A stretch of 64,000 bases of DNA, taken from positions 66,216-130,215 of the forward strand of contig JBAZWB010000002.1 of NCBI GenBank assembly GCA_041660605.1. Direction: 5' to 3'. Of this stretch, positions 37,304-46,922 are shown piece by piece. The stretch is from Patescibacteria group bacterium (GTDB lineage Bacteria > Patescibacteriota > Patescibacteriia > UBA10025 > JAHIVO01). A program made the position numbers and the translations under genes. Under the pieces are notes generated by a model. The model was given only the letters and a program-made list of their open reading frames with translations. It did not search any database and was not told where the DNA came from. Positions within the stretch are counted from its first letter, which is position 1; each line of letters starts with the position of its first letter.

Positions 37304-38251
37304 TTATACTTTTTTAAGCCATAGGCTGCCTCCGATGTTTTCTAAACAGCGCGGCATATGTTCTCGCAGCCAATTTTCTTGGAATAAACCGATATAATTT
37401 CCAAATAACATTATTTGGAACTGCTTGTTATACTGCAGAAACGCCCTAATAATATAATCCTCGTTCCAGGCAATCCCTTTATAGACCCACTCAGATGGAT
37501 ATTCAAATGGATAAAAAATATCATGAATATGGATAACTACTCCCGGAGCCAGGCAGGGCAATATTTCGAATAAATAATAATTTACATCACTGCCAATCTT
37601 AGAAACATGCGTTGAATCGATAAATAAAATGTCATTTTTTTGTAATTCCCGAAAAGTATCAAGGGGTATTTCCTGCAGATCTTTCTTGATAATCTGGCAC
37701 CTTTCATGATCACCCTGTTTAAGCAAACTTAGGAGCCGTTCTGGATAGGGCTCAATAAAAATACAATTTATTTCATTATTGAAAAATAATTCGTTAGTGT
37801 CCAGCGTCACTGCAGATGAAAAGCCTGACCCCACTTCAATTATTTTTTTTGGGCGCAAATGCCTAATCAAGCTGTAGAGATAAATTGCATCAGCATAGCT
37901 ATAGCAGTCATTACGGAAATAATACCTGCCTTCCTCATTTTTCAAATCTTGAAACGGTAAATCGGCATAATGCTTGGCTAAATCCTCAAGTAATCTCACT
38001 TGTGCCTCTTCGCGTAAATCAACACCGGCAATTATTTTTTTCTGTCTGTTAAAAAGTCGATTTTCGTGCTTTTTGATTTCCTGAAGCGAAGGTATCGGGC
38101 TGTGGTAATGGCCGGGTGGATACATACCATTTGACTGGGCTGCATCGCGGCTCTCATGTAATGTATTTTTTCCATGGCGCAAATATTGCACTTTTTTCTC
38201 TATATAAGGCAGTTGGTGTAATGCTTTTTTAATTTGGTGCTTAATCGTCAT
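37304..38251 (-). CDS. Putative class I SAM-dependent methyltransferase (macrocin/TylF-like fold?)
   Basis: 315 aa; KKIIEVGSGFSSA glycine-rich motif I; acidic residue after beta2; weak call. Confidence 0.4.
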   Translation of the reverse strand: MTIKHQIKKALHQLPYIEKKVQYLRHGKNTLHESRDAAQSNGMYPPGHYHSPIPSLQEIKKHENRLFNRQKKIIAGVDLREEAQVRLLEDLAKHYADLPFQDLKNEEGRYYFRNDCYSYADAIYLYSLIRHLRPKKIIEVGSGFSSAVTLDTNELFFNNEINCIFIEPYPERLLSLLKQGDHERCQIIKKDLQEIPLDTFRELQKNDILFIDSTHVSKIGSDVNYYLFEILPCLAPGVVIHIHDIFYPFEYPSEWVYKGIAWNEDYIIRAFLQYNKQFQIMLFGNYIGLFQENWLREHMPRCLENIGGSLWLKKV

Positions 38252-38260
38252 ACTCTATCA

Positions 38261-39613
38261 TTAAAGCTCTCCTGGGTGATTAATTTTTTCGTAAATCTCA
38301 ATTATTTCCTGCGCCTGATCAGTCTGGTTACGCACTGGCCGTATGGAAAGTGTAAGATCGTTTATTTTATCCGGATTTTTTATGATCTCCTGAAGTCGCT
38401 GGCGCAGCGAATCTACATCACGAAATGCATACATCAATCCGCCGCGATACTTTTCAATAATTTCCCTTGGGCCGCTAGTATCTGGAACAATAGCGGGAGT
38501 CTTGCTGGCCAACGATTCCAACAGGGTCAAAGGGCCTGTTTCCCAGCAAATTGAGGAAATAACTGTTGTATCAATGCTTTTAAAGATATTTGCCAAATCT
38601 TTGGGCGAATACGCGCCATGAAAAAAAATAAATGGGTGCTTGCTTATTTTCTTACATTGGCGGTAATACACCGGATCAAATGAATAATCACCATGGATAT
38701 GAAGCTCTGCGGTCTCGCGTGGTAACTCATTGAAGGCCTTGATTAGCAGATGCAAACCTTTGTGCTTTAAGACGCTGCCAAAAAAACCAAATCGTACTCT
38801 GGGGCTTTCAATCTTGCTTATGCCCGCATACTCATCTGTAATAATACCATATGGTACTAATTTAATTGCGTCAACTTTTATAAGTCCAAGGCTTGCGTAT
38901 TTTTTTTTCATAAAATCTGAAGGTGTCAAAATCTGATCTACCTGTGATAACATTTCCTTCATAAATTGCTGTCGTTCCTGGATAAACCACTTTCCTTCTT
39001 GTAAATTTCGGCGATTTGCTCCGTTTAGAACAGAGATTAGCCGCTTGATGTTTTGCTTTAATAGAACTGGAGTAATTTTTTTAATAATCTGTGGAATCGG
39101 CAAATTTGTCGGTGCTGCTTCTGGCGGATGCTGACTATAAAAGCATTTCAAACAATCTAAACCCGCGTTTTGACTACACAATTTTCCATCAGCCGACAGC
39201 ATCGTGATTGACGGGCAGGCATACCAATAATCATGCAAAGTCAGAACGGTAGGATAACCGGCCTGATGCGCGATACTTATTAAATTTGCACTTAATAAAT
39301 AACAATGCTGGAAATGGACAACGTCTGGTTTTACTTCATCTAAATATCGCGAAAAAACTTTATCGATTTCAGCATTCTGATAACTCCCTACAAATGATAA
39401 TGGCGGCAGTAAATTATTTACAATCTGCGTTATTTTTAAACCATTCCTATTCTCCTGAATAATCGAATAATCTTCTTTAGACCGGTCGGACAATCTGGTA
39501 AATACAAAAACCTCATGCTTTTTCGCTAATTCCTTAGCCAAAGCATATGTATATAATTCAACTCCAGCCAGAGAGTAAGGCGGGAATCCATGTACGACTA
39601 AGACTATCTTCAT
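38261..39613 (-). CDS. Family 4 (GT-B) glycosyltransferase
   Basis: 450 aa; MKIVLVVHGFPPYSLAGVELYTYALAKEL N-terminus; C-terminal Glycos_transf_1-like E...E region. Confidence 0.7.
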   Translation of the reverse strand: MKIVLVVHGFPPYSLAGVELYTYALAKELAKKHEVFVFTRLSDRSKEDYSIIQENRNGLKITQIVNNLLPPLSFVGSYQNAEIDKVFSRYLDEVKPDVVHFQHCYLLSANLISIAHQAGYPTVLTLHDYWYACPSITMLSADGKLCSQNAGLDCLKCFYSQHPPEAAPTNLPIPQIIKKITPVLLKQNIKRLISVLNGANRRNLQEGKWFIQERQQFMKEMLSQVDQILTPSDFMKKKYASLGLIKVDAIKLVPYGIITDEYAGISKIESPRVRFGFFGSVLKHKGLHLLIKAFNELPRETAELHIHGDYSFDPVYYRQCKKISKHPFIFFHGAYSPKDLANIFKSIDTTVISSICWETGPLTLLESLASKTPAIVPDTSGPREIIEKYRGGLMYAFRDVDSLRQRLQEIIKNPDKINDLTLSIRPVRNQTDQAQEIIEIYEKINHPGEL

Positions 39614-39618
39614 AAATT

Positions 39619-40590
39619 TTAGCTTTTTTTCTTTTTAGAAACAGAAGAAAAATAATTTTCCAGCCATCGGGGCCACATTTTATAATTATAGCCCGCTAAA
39701 ATTCCAAACATAAAAGATAACCGGGCAACCGGCGTAAATACCGTCCAAAACGCTTTTCGCGGCAAAGAAATTCCTTGTCTCCAGGTATAAACTACATCTC
39801 TGATGCACCAGCCAAAAAATCTCAGGATCAATGAAAACGGATTGGTTCTGAATAGCTTGCCAAAAGTTTTTACTAAAAATTTTGAATCATCATACAGCAA
39901 CCGGAAAGTCTGGCTGGGTGACCGATAAAAATTATGTGAATGAATGACCGAATTACTAGGATCATAAGCTATCGCTTTTCCATTTAGCAGCACTTCCCTT
40001 GCCCAGGCTACATCTTCACCGAACTCAATCACTTTGAATGGATGTTCTAAAAAATAAGATCTTTTCACGATACTGCAGACAGTGGTAAAGACGCAGGCAT
40101 AGCGCTTTTCGGCATTGGTCAGCGCTTCAAAATTTTTGGGATCGTCAAGGCGTTGTAAGCGTGGTTGCTCGGGAAAATCATTTTCCAACTCACGCTTGCG
40201 CAAAGGGTTAAGACCGGGGCGAGGTAGATTTTTTAAATACACAGCGACTACATCTTGGGATATAATCTCCTTAAAAAGTTTTTGCAGCCATTGGCTTCCA
40301 ACTGGCGTGACGTCCTGATTCATAAATACGATAAATTCACCTCGTGCCTTTTTGGCGCCCAGGTTGCGCGTACCGCCATGGTTAAAAGATTCGGGCGGTA
40401 TTTGGATAAGTTGAATCGGAAATTTTTTAATAATATCTAAAGTGCTGTCCCGCGATCCCGAATCAATGATTATTACTTCATATTTAAAGCCAACCTTCTG
40501 GGTATAAATTGACTCCAGCACTCCCCCTAAGTATTCCTCCCCATTTTTCGTTAGAATGATAATTGATACTTTAATGTCTTGAGTGCCCAT
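39619..40590 (-). CDS. Family 2 glycosyltransferase (rhamnosyltransferase-like)
   Basis: 323 aa; VSIIILTKNGEEYL...VIIIDSGSRDST. Confidence 0.75.
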   Translation of the reverse strand: MGTQDIKVSIIILTKNGEEYLGGVLESIYTQKVGFKYEVIIIDSGSRDSTLDIIKKFPIQLIQIPPESFNHGGTRNLGAKKARGEFIVFMNQDVTPVGSQWLQKLFKEIISQDVVAVYLKNLPRPGLNPLRKRELENDFPEQPRLQRLDDPKNFEALTNAEKRYACVFTTVCSIVKRSYFLEHPFKVIEFGEDVAWAREVLLNGKAIAYDPSNSVIHSHNFYRSPSQTFRLLYDDSKFLVKTFGKLFRTNPFSLILRFFGWCIRDVVYTWRQGISLPRKAFWTVFTPVARLSFMFGILAGYNYKMWPRWLENYFSSVSKKKKS

Positions 40591-41725
40591 TTTTTATTTT
40601 TTTTATGCCAGGTATTTTCATTCTCAATTTATGCAAAAACGCTGCTAGCCTAAAGGATGGTGAAGTTATAATTTTATTAATTTCTTTACTCAAGTCGTCT
40701 ATGCGTTTTTTTGCTTCATTATTGTATTTTAATCGCTCTATAAAAGTAGAAATTAAAAAATCTAATTTTCTCAATTGGCTGACGGCTTTTTTATCAACAG
40801 TAGCGTCTCGATTCTCTCTATATATATCAACTAATCGCTTGGCTGCGTTTTCCAGGCAATGTTCTTTTTCTATTATTTCACGATTTTTTACGGCCAGTCG
40901 AGGGTCATATTTTTGCATTTCCTTAACTAATTGATCGGCATTATATCGAATACCATATTGCCGCCCGGAAAAATTTTTTTTCCTTATCTCATAATAATTG
41001 TCTTGACGAAGCATACCGTCGCCTCCGTTATAGTCATAAACGATCACGTCTCGGTTACAGGACATGGCCTGCAAGACTCCTTTACCCAAGCTAATTACCA
41101 AATCAGCTTCATTTATGTATTCCTCAACTGGCCATACTGAATTTACATTTAAACCAATCACCTTTAAGTTCAAGCCTAATTTGCTGCAAGCACTTTCAAT
41201 AATCCCTTTATGATCACCAAAATAATGATTGCTGATTACCAATACATTTTTTAATTCCTTGCTGACTGGCTTGGTGGGCTTAAATCTTCCAGTCTCAGTA
41301 AAATTCCTTATTATCTCCAAGTCTTTTTCGTTTACAAATTTATTTTTCAGCATGCTCTCCGTGACTTCTTCACTCACAGCTAAATATTTGGCAATGCCTA
41401 TATCAAATTCTGGCAAATGTTCTAACTGAGGCAAAACGCCATGCTGCAAATAAACCATGGGTACTGCGGGGAAAAAATACCTAGCCAGCAATGCGCTTAC
41501 ATTATGATGCGCGTGAATTATATCAAACTTTGTACCTATAATTTCCTCTAGATTATCTACCACTGGGATGCCGCAGCCCTCTATCCTTTGCGAGACCTCG
41601 CCTTTAAATAATGTAAATACCACGACAAAATGGCCCAAAGCTTTAAGTTCATTGGCTAATTCGTATGTATATAATTCCGAACCGGCGTAATTTACAAGAT
41701 GATAATTTGTCAGTAATATCTTCAT
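40571..41725 (-). CDS. GT-B fold glycosyltransferase (GT4-like)
   Basis: 384 aa; MKILLTNYHLVNYAGSELYTYELANEL N-terminus. Confidence 0.55.
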   Translation of the reverse strand: MKILLTNYHLVNYAGSELYTYELANELKALGHFVVVFTLFKGEVSQRIEGCGIPVVDNLEEIIGTKFDIIHAHHNVSALLARYFFPAVPMVYLQHGVLPQLEHLPEFDIGIAKYLAVSEEVTESMLKNKFVNEKDLEIIRNFTETGRFKPTKPVSKELKNVLVISNHYFGDHKGIIESACSKLGLNLKVIGLNVNSVWPVEEYINEADLVISLGKGVLQAMSCNRDVIVYDYNGGDGMLRQDNYYEIRKKNFSGRQYGIRYNADQLVKEMQKYDPRLAVKNREIIEKEHCLENAAKRLVDIYRENRDATVDKKAVSQLRKLDFLISTFIERLKYNNEAKKRIDDLSKEINKIITSPSFRLAAFLHKLRMKIPGIKKIKNGHSRH

Positions 41726-43111
41726 CTACTCTTTTTTAGCAATAATAATATATTCGGGCAGGTCATCCAATTCTAATGAATCGGCATACCCGGCTAATCT
41801 TCCTCTGGATATTTTATATTTATTGAACCCTCCCGCCATCATCATCTCCTTGATCTCCTGCTGGCTATAACGATGGGTAAATCCTGCAAGTTCTGAGGTT
41901 TTATAGTAATCCGACAACTCATTCGGCATCACCATGTAAAGGGTACCATCTTTTATCAAGACCCTCTTGGCTTCCTGGATGTATGAAATAATATCGATTT
42001 TTTGTAAATGTAGAAAGGTATTTATAGAATAAACTAAATTAATTTGCTTATCCCCGACGGGTATTCGGCAACCATTTGTGATGAATAATTCAAACGATTT
42101 AATTTGCCTGTCTTTTTTAAAATTAACGCGCGCTTGGTTCAAATATTCCTGACTCACGTCAATACCAATTATTTTTTTTGCCCGATAGCCTATGTATTTT
42201 AAAATTCTGCCTACGCCAACTCCAATTTCTAAAACAATTGAATTAGAATCATAAAAATCTTTCAGCTTATCTGCTTCTTGCCGTCCCTCAAGCCAAAAGC
42301 GCTCTTCGTTACGGTTTGGTAAAATGTAATTAATGCTATTATCAGAACGCGCGAGCTCATTCCAATACATTTGGTAATAGCTCTTATGGGATTGGTAAAA
42401 CTCGATCACCTCGGCTGGAGTGCCTTGTCGAACCATCTTGCCGCTTTCTAGCAAAATCACCCTATGGCAAAATTTATTTACGGTAAATAAATCATGGCTG
42501 ACAAAAATTATCGTCTTGCCTTCATCACGTAAACGCTTAAAAACATCGTAGCATTTTTTTCTAAAATCCAAATCCCCCACGGCCAGCACCTCGTCCACCA
42601 ATAAAATATCCGCCTCAGCCTGGATAGCCGTGGCAAAAGCCAAACGCACCTGCATGCCGGAAGAAAAATTCTTCAGCTTCTGGTCGACAAATCTTTCCAG
42701 CTCGGCAAACTTTATTATATCGCTAAACTTTCCATCAATCGTACTGCGCGATAAACCCAGAATCGCGCCATACAGATAAACATTGTCGCGAGCCGATAAA
42801 TCACCCTGAAATCCCACACCCAGCTCAAGGAATGGCGCGATTGTACCGTTGACAATCACCCGGCCGGAATTTGGTTTCAAAATACCGGCAATGATTTTTA
42901 AGAGTGTCGATTTGCCCGAACCGTTGCGTCCGATAATACCGAGAAACTCGCCTTTTTTTACATTAAAACTTACCTCTTGCAAAGCCTTCAACCTTTCTGC
43001 CTGGCTGCGCTTAAGCATCCCTAAAAAATGCTCTTTCAGAGTATTTCTGCGCTCATGCGGCAGTTTGAAAATCTTGCTGACGTTTTGAATTTTAATAATT
43101 TCTTCTATCAT
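41726..43111 (-). CDS. Polysaccharide ABC exporter ATP-binding protein (Wzt/TagH-like) fused to a C-terminal SAM-dependent methyltransferase domain
   Basis: 461 aa; Walker A GRNGSGKST, signature LSGGMQVRLAFA, Walker B LLVDEVLAVGD, then VLEIGVGVGRIL methyltransferase motif I. Confidence 0.8.
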   Translation of the reverse strand: MIEEIIKIQNVSKIFKLPHERRNTLKEHFLGMLKRSQAERLKALQEVSFNVKKGEFLGIIGRNGSGKSTLLKIIAGILKPNSGRVIVNGTIAPFLELGVGFQGDLSARDNVYLYGAILGLSRSTIDGKFSDIIKFAELERFVDQKLKNFSSGMQVRLAFATAIQAEADILLVDEVLAVGDLDFRKKCYDVFKRLRDEGKTIIFVSHDLFTVNKFCHRVILLESGKMVRQGTPAEVIEFYQSHKSYYQMYWNELARSDNSINYILPNRNEERFWLEGRQEADKLKDFYDSNSIVLEIGVGVGRILKYIGYRAKKIIGIDVSQEYLNQARVNFKKDRQIKSFELFITNGCRIPVGDKQINLVYSINTFLHLQKIDIISYIQEAKRVLIKDGTLYMVMPNELSDYYKTSELAGFTHRYSQQEIKEMMMAGGFNKYKISRGRLAGYADSLELDDLPEYIIIAKKE

Positions 43112-43114
43112 TTT

Positions 43115-43882
43115 TTATAAATCTTCCGCAAAAAAAGGTTCGCGTTTTTTAAATACTAAGTAGCCGACAACAAAAACTGCCACAGTAATAAGGATAGAAC
43201 CAAAAATACCTTTTAAATCCGGGGTCTGGCCGTATATGACCGCCTCACGTGAATATTGGATAATCCGGGTCATCGGATTAAGGAAAACCCAAAAATGGTA
43301 TTTTTCCGGGATCATGGCTAGTGAATAAATTATCGGCGTGGCCCAAAAACCTGCCTGCAGCAATATTTCCCAGATATGTGATAAATCACGGAATTTTATG
43401 TTTAACGACGAAATTAAAAAACCCAGTCCCAAAACAATAAGATAAAGCTCTGCTAAAAATAAAATCAACAGCAAAAACGCCGGTGTCAACTGCACTCCGG
43501 AAAAAATAAAAAAAACGACGAAGACAATTAGATTAAGAAGTAAAGTTAAAAGAGAGGTAATTGTGGAAGCAATGACAATCAAAGTGCGGGGAAAAAATAC
43601 GCGGGAAATCAGCCCACCCTTGCTGATCAAGCTGTTTACCGCATTGGTCGTCCCTTCTGCCAGATAACCCCATAAAATTATACCGAGCAGTAAATATAAA
43701 TTATAATGTTCAATGTTAAAACGCAAAAAAATAGAAAAAACTAGATACGATATCCCGAATAAAAGCAACGGCTTAATAAAAGACCAAACATAACCCAGGA
43801 CAGAACTCTGGTATTTCAGTTTGAAGTCAGAGATCGCCAGTTCACGGATCAAATTTATTTCCTTCTGGTTTATTATCTTCAT
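43115..43882 (-). CDS. ABC-2 type polysaccharide exporter permease (Wzm/TagG-like)
   Basis: 255 aa; 6 TM helices; immediately upstream of and co-oriented with the ATPase. Confidence 0.8.
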   Translation of the reverse strand: MKIINQKEINLIRELAISDFKLKYQSSVLGYVWSFIKPLLLFGISYLVFSIFLRFNIEHYNLYLLLGIILWGYLAEGTTNAVNSLISKGGLISRVFFPRTLIVIASTITSLLTLLLNLIVFVVFFIFSGVQLTPAFLLLILFLAELYLIVLGLGFLISSLNIKFRDLSHIWEILLQAGFWATPIIYSLAMIPEKYHFWVFLNPMTRIIQYSREAVIYGQTPDLKGIFGSILITVAVFVVGYLVFKKREPFFAEDL

Positions 43883-44082
43883 GAATATCCGTCCACTTTT
43901 AATTAACTATCTCTTGATCTTTAAAAAATATTTAGCCTAATAGCTAACGACTAATTACTAGTGACTAATCTTCCAAATTATACCATTTATAAAGGCTTAT
44001 ATTCAACCTTGCCTCGAGCGAAGCCCCCGCGTGGGGGGCGGAGTCGAGAGGACCCGATAATCCACCACCTTGCTTGCCCTAG

Positions 44083-44235
44083 CCGAGACTTCTCCATTCC
44101 TCTTCGGCTACGCTCAGAGTCAGTCGAAGTGACAAGCGTTTGTTCAGGTAAAACCCTTATGATAGGCACCAGCGCTTGTCATGTCGACCATAGGCCCTGA
44201 GCTTGCCGAAGGGCCGAAGTGGAGACATCTCAGTC
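44083..44235. repeat. Palindrome-bearing intergenic repeat, copy A
   Basis: GTCGAAGTGACAAGCG (44123) and CGCTTGTCATGTCGAC (44173) form a 16-bp inverted repeat; leader GAGACTTCTCCATTCCTCTTCGGCTACGCTCAGAGTCAGTCGAAGTGACA is repeated at 44805. Confidence 0.55.
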
Positions 44236-44244
44236 AACTGCACC

Positions 44245-44538
44245 TTACCCATACCACCCCTCACTCAAATCATTCCAGCAGGGATTCATGCTATTAATCA
44301 ACCATTCTTTTTTCTCCCGGCGCCACCGTTTTATCTGTTTCTCCCTTTGTATTGCCACAAAAATATCGTCGTGCACTTCGTAATACACTAGCTTGTTAAC
44401 ATTATACTTACTTGTAAAACCCGGATATACTTTATTCTTATGCTGCCAAACACGACTTTCAAGATTTGAAGTAACCCCGACATATAAAACACTCTTCATT
44501 TTATTAGTCAGTATATAAACATAATATTGCCAGGCCAT
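44245..44538 (-). CDS. GIY-YIG nuclease superfamily protein (YhbQ/UPF0213-like small stand-alone form)
   Basis: About 97 aa from internal Met (MAWQYYVYILTN...SVLYVGVTSNLESRVWQHK...KLVYYE...REKQIKRWRREKK); the longer ORF extends to 44604. Confidence 0.8.
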   Translation of the reverse strand: MAWQYYVYILTNKMKSVLYVGVTSNLESRVWQHKNKVYPGFTSKYNVNKLVYYEVHDDIFVAIQREKQIKRWRREKKEWLINSMNPCWNDLSEGWYG

Positions 44539-44620
44539 AATAAAAATTCCTTCCGTTTGAGGAAGGCTATGGTCTAATAGTAGTATATTAATTAACTTTG
44601 TCAATCATACTAGCGTTTTT

Positions 44621-44775
44621 AACTCCAAGTCGAGATTTCTCCATTCGTCCTCGTTCCACTCGGGCTCAGTCGAAATGACATGCGTTTTTTGACGACAAAC
44701 AACACCTGATAAAACCACCCAAGTCTGTCATATCGACCCCCTCGACTACGCTCGGGGCAGGCTTCGCGGAGACAT
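44621..44775. repeat. Palindrome-bearing intergenic repeat, copy B (diverged)
   Basis: gtcgaaatgaca ... tgtcatatcgac; shares the GAGACATCTCRG tail with copy A. Confidence 0.5.
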
Positions 44776-44804
44776 CTCGGCTAAGCCCCACCCACGTTGT
44801 TTAT

Positions 44805-44862
44805 TCCAAAAACGAGACTTCTCCATTCCTCTTCGGCTACGCTCAGAGTCAGTCGAAGTGAC
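44805..44862. repeat. Partial copy C of the same repeat (left arm only, 50/50 identical to the copy A leader)
   Basis: cgagacttctccattcctcttcggctacgctcagagtcagtcgaagtgaca. Confidence 0.5.
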
Positions 44863-44883
44863 AGGGCGTATACCCCCAACACA

Positions 44884-44912
44884 AAAAGCGCCCAAGAAAT
44901 GAGCGCTCTTTG
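44884..44912 (-). terminator. Rho-independent terminator downstream of the pilin gene (minus strand)
   Basis: Minus-strand reading AAAGAGCGCTCATTTCTTGGGCGCTTTTTG. Confidence 0.5.
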
Positions 44913-44937
44913 ATTATAATAAGTCTGCTTTTTTACA

Positions 44938-45459
44938 TTATCCCTCACATTCTAAATCAGCAGCTAAATCGCCACAAACTGGCGCAGTAGTAGATACCCA
45001 GTTTGAACAGGAAGTACCATCCCCTTTCAGCCAATACCAGTGCGAAGTGCTAGTACTTGGTGATTCCATTAATGCATAGACTATGTAATATGGTTCGAGT
45101 TCTCCTGGGGTTGCGCCACAGGCAACATATTCATAGTTATATAGATTTGAATCCGCTCCCGCAGATCCTGCTTTTGGATCATCCGGTACTACTGAAATAT
45201 AATCCGTTGCCAATAGCGTGCCTAAAACGGATTTAGCATTATCTAATGCCGCAATCGAAGTAACATTTGGATAAGTACTGGAATTATCGTCTGAATACAG
45301 CACTAACCCGGTCCTAATCTGACCGAGGTCTGATTTTCTAGACGCGTCGCGGGCTTTTTCTCTAGCACCGTTCAGGGCCACCAAACCGATGGTAGCCAAA
45401 ATACCGATGATGGCGATAACCACCAATAACTCAATGAGTGTAAAACCTTTCTTTTTCAT
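44938..45459 (-). CDS. Type IV pilin (candidate major pilin)
   Basis: About 173 aa from [22 protein letters not shown]; [19 protein letters not shown]; C-terminal Cys pair. Confidence 0.8.
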   Translation of the reverse strand: MKKKGFTLIELLVVIAIIGILATIGLVALNGAREKARDASRKSDLGQIRTGLVLYSDDNSSTYPNVTSIAALDNAKSVLGTLLATDYISVVPDDPKAGSAGADSNLYNYEYVACGATPGELEPYYIVYALMESPSTSTSHWYWLKGDGTSCSNWVSTTAPVCGDLAADLECEG

Positions 45460-45689
45460 GAATTCACCCCCTTTCATATGTTGAGAACGGTGAATCTTTT
45501 AATTGACTTATAACGATTCACAGATCACGGATCCGAGCTGACCCGTGATAATTATGAGCCAAAAAAGTATTACCGGTCTGCTGTTAATTTTTATTATTGA
45601 CCAAAGAACTATTGATAATATTGAATAAGTGATATATAAATAATATCATATTTTACCGTAATTGTCAAACAATTATCCACTATTTCCCT

Positions 45690-46895
45690 TTAAATAGCAC
45701 TGGAAAGGTTATACATCGGCAGTATAATGGCGGAAATGAGGAAGGCTACCCCGATACCCATGATAATCATGACTATCGGCTCAATCAAGGTGGTCATATT
45801 GCGTATTGAATTTTCCAGTTCCCGGGTGTAAAAATCTGAAACTTTTCCGAGTATTTTGTCCAATTGCCCGGACTGCTCTCCCACGCTCATCATCTGGGAA
45901 AGCATCAATGGCACTTCTTTATGCTGCACAAAGACCGTGGTGATGGAAGCGCCTCCCTCAACCTGCTCAATTGTCTCCCGGATTATATCGCGATACAAAG
46001 TATTCCCCACTACATCAGCTACGATGTCCAGGGACTTGGTCAGTGGCACGCCGGAAGCCAACAGTGTTGACAAAGACTGCGCAAAGCGGGAAATATAGGT
46101 CCGATTAAAAATTGGTCCGGCAATGGGAACTTTTATTTTCAGTAAATCAACCGTATGGCGCCCATTTTCCGTTTTTACATAAGCCCGGTAGCCGATTACA
46201 CATCCGATAATAGCCAGTATCATCAGCCACCAGAAACTACGCAGGAAATCCCCCATGCCCATGAATATCCTGGTAGTCACCGGCAGTTCCGCGGAACCCT
46301 CCTCAAAAATTGAGGTGATCTGAGGCAGGACGAACATCAGCATCAGGGAGCCGACCAGGAGCAAAGCGGATAAAATGAAAACCGGATAAATCATGGCGCC
46401 CTTGGCTTTACTGCGGAGATCATAATCCTTTTCCAGCTGATCAGCCAGATACACCAAAATCTCATCCAAACGGCCGGTTGTTTCCGCTGAGCGCACCATC
46501 TGGATGTAAAAATTGCTGAAGACTTTGGGATACTTGCCTAATGATTGCGATAATTTCGCGCCGCCATCCACTTCGTCGGCCAGATCGGAAATAACGCTCT
46601 TCAATCTGTTATTATCCGTTTGGCGCACCAGCACCCGCAAAGCGCGGACGATCGGCACGTTTGAGGAAATCATGACCGACAGCTGGCGGGAAAAAACTAC
46701 GATATCTTTCGCCTTGACGCCGGAACCGAAAGACAGGCCTTTTAGAAATTCCCTGGCTTTCTTTTCTTTCAAATCGACAATCACAAGATCCTTATCCCTT
46801 AGAATTCCATAGGCGATATTTTCGGTTGGCGCGACCACCATTCCATTGATTACCTCTCCGGTTTTATTTCTGGCTTTATAATTAAAATTGGCCAT
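45690..46895 (-). CDS. pilC: Type IV pilus assembly platform protein PilC (GspF family)
   Basis: 401 aa; two GspF repeats, 3 TM segments. Confidence 0.9.
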   Translation of the reverse strand: MANFNYKARNKTGEVINGMVVAPTENIAYGILRDKDLVIVDLKEKKAREFLKGLSFGSGVKAKDIVVFSRQLSVMISSNVPIVRALRVLVRQTDNNRLKSVISDLADEVDGGAKLSQSLGKYPKVFSNFYIQMVRSAETTGRLDEILVYLADQLEKDYDLRSKAKGAMIYPVFILSALLLVGSLMLMFVLPQITSIFEEGSAELPVTTRIFMGMGDFLRSFWWLMILAIIGCVIGYRAYVKTENGRHTVDLLKIKVPIAGPIFNRTYISRFAQSLSTLLASGVPLTKSLDIVADVVGNTLYRDIIRETIEQVEGGASITTVFVQHKEVPLMLSQMMSVGEQSGQLDKILGKVSDFYTRELENSIRNMTTLIEPIVMIIMGIGVAFLISAIILPMYNLSSAI

Positions 46896-46922
46896 AATTT
46901 ATATTTTGTTTTTTGATTTTTT

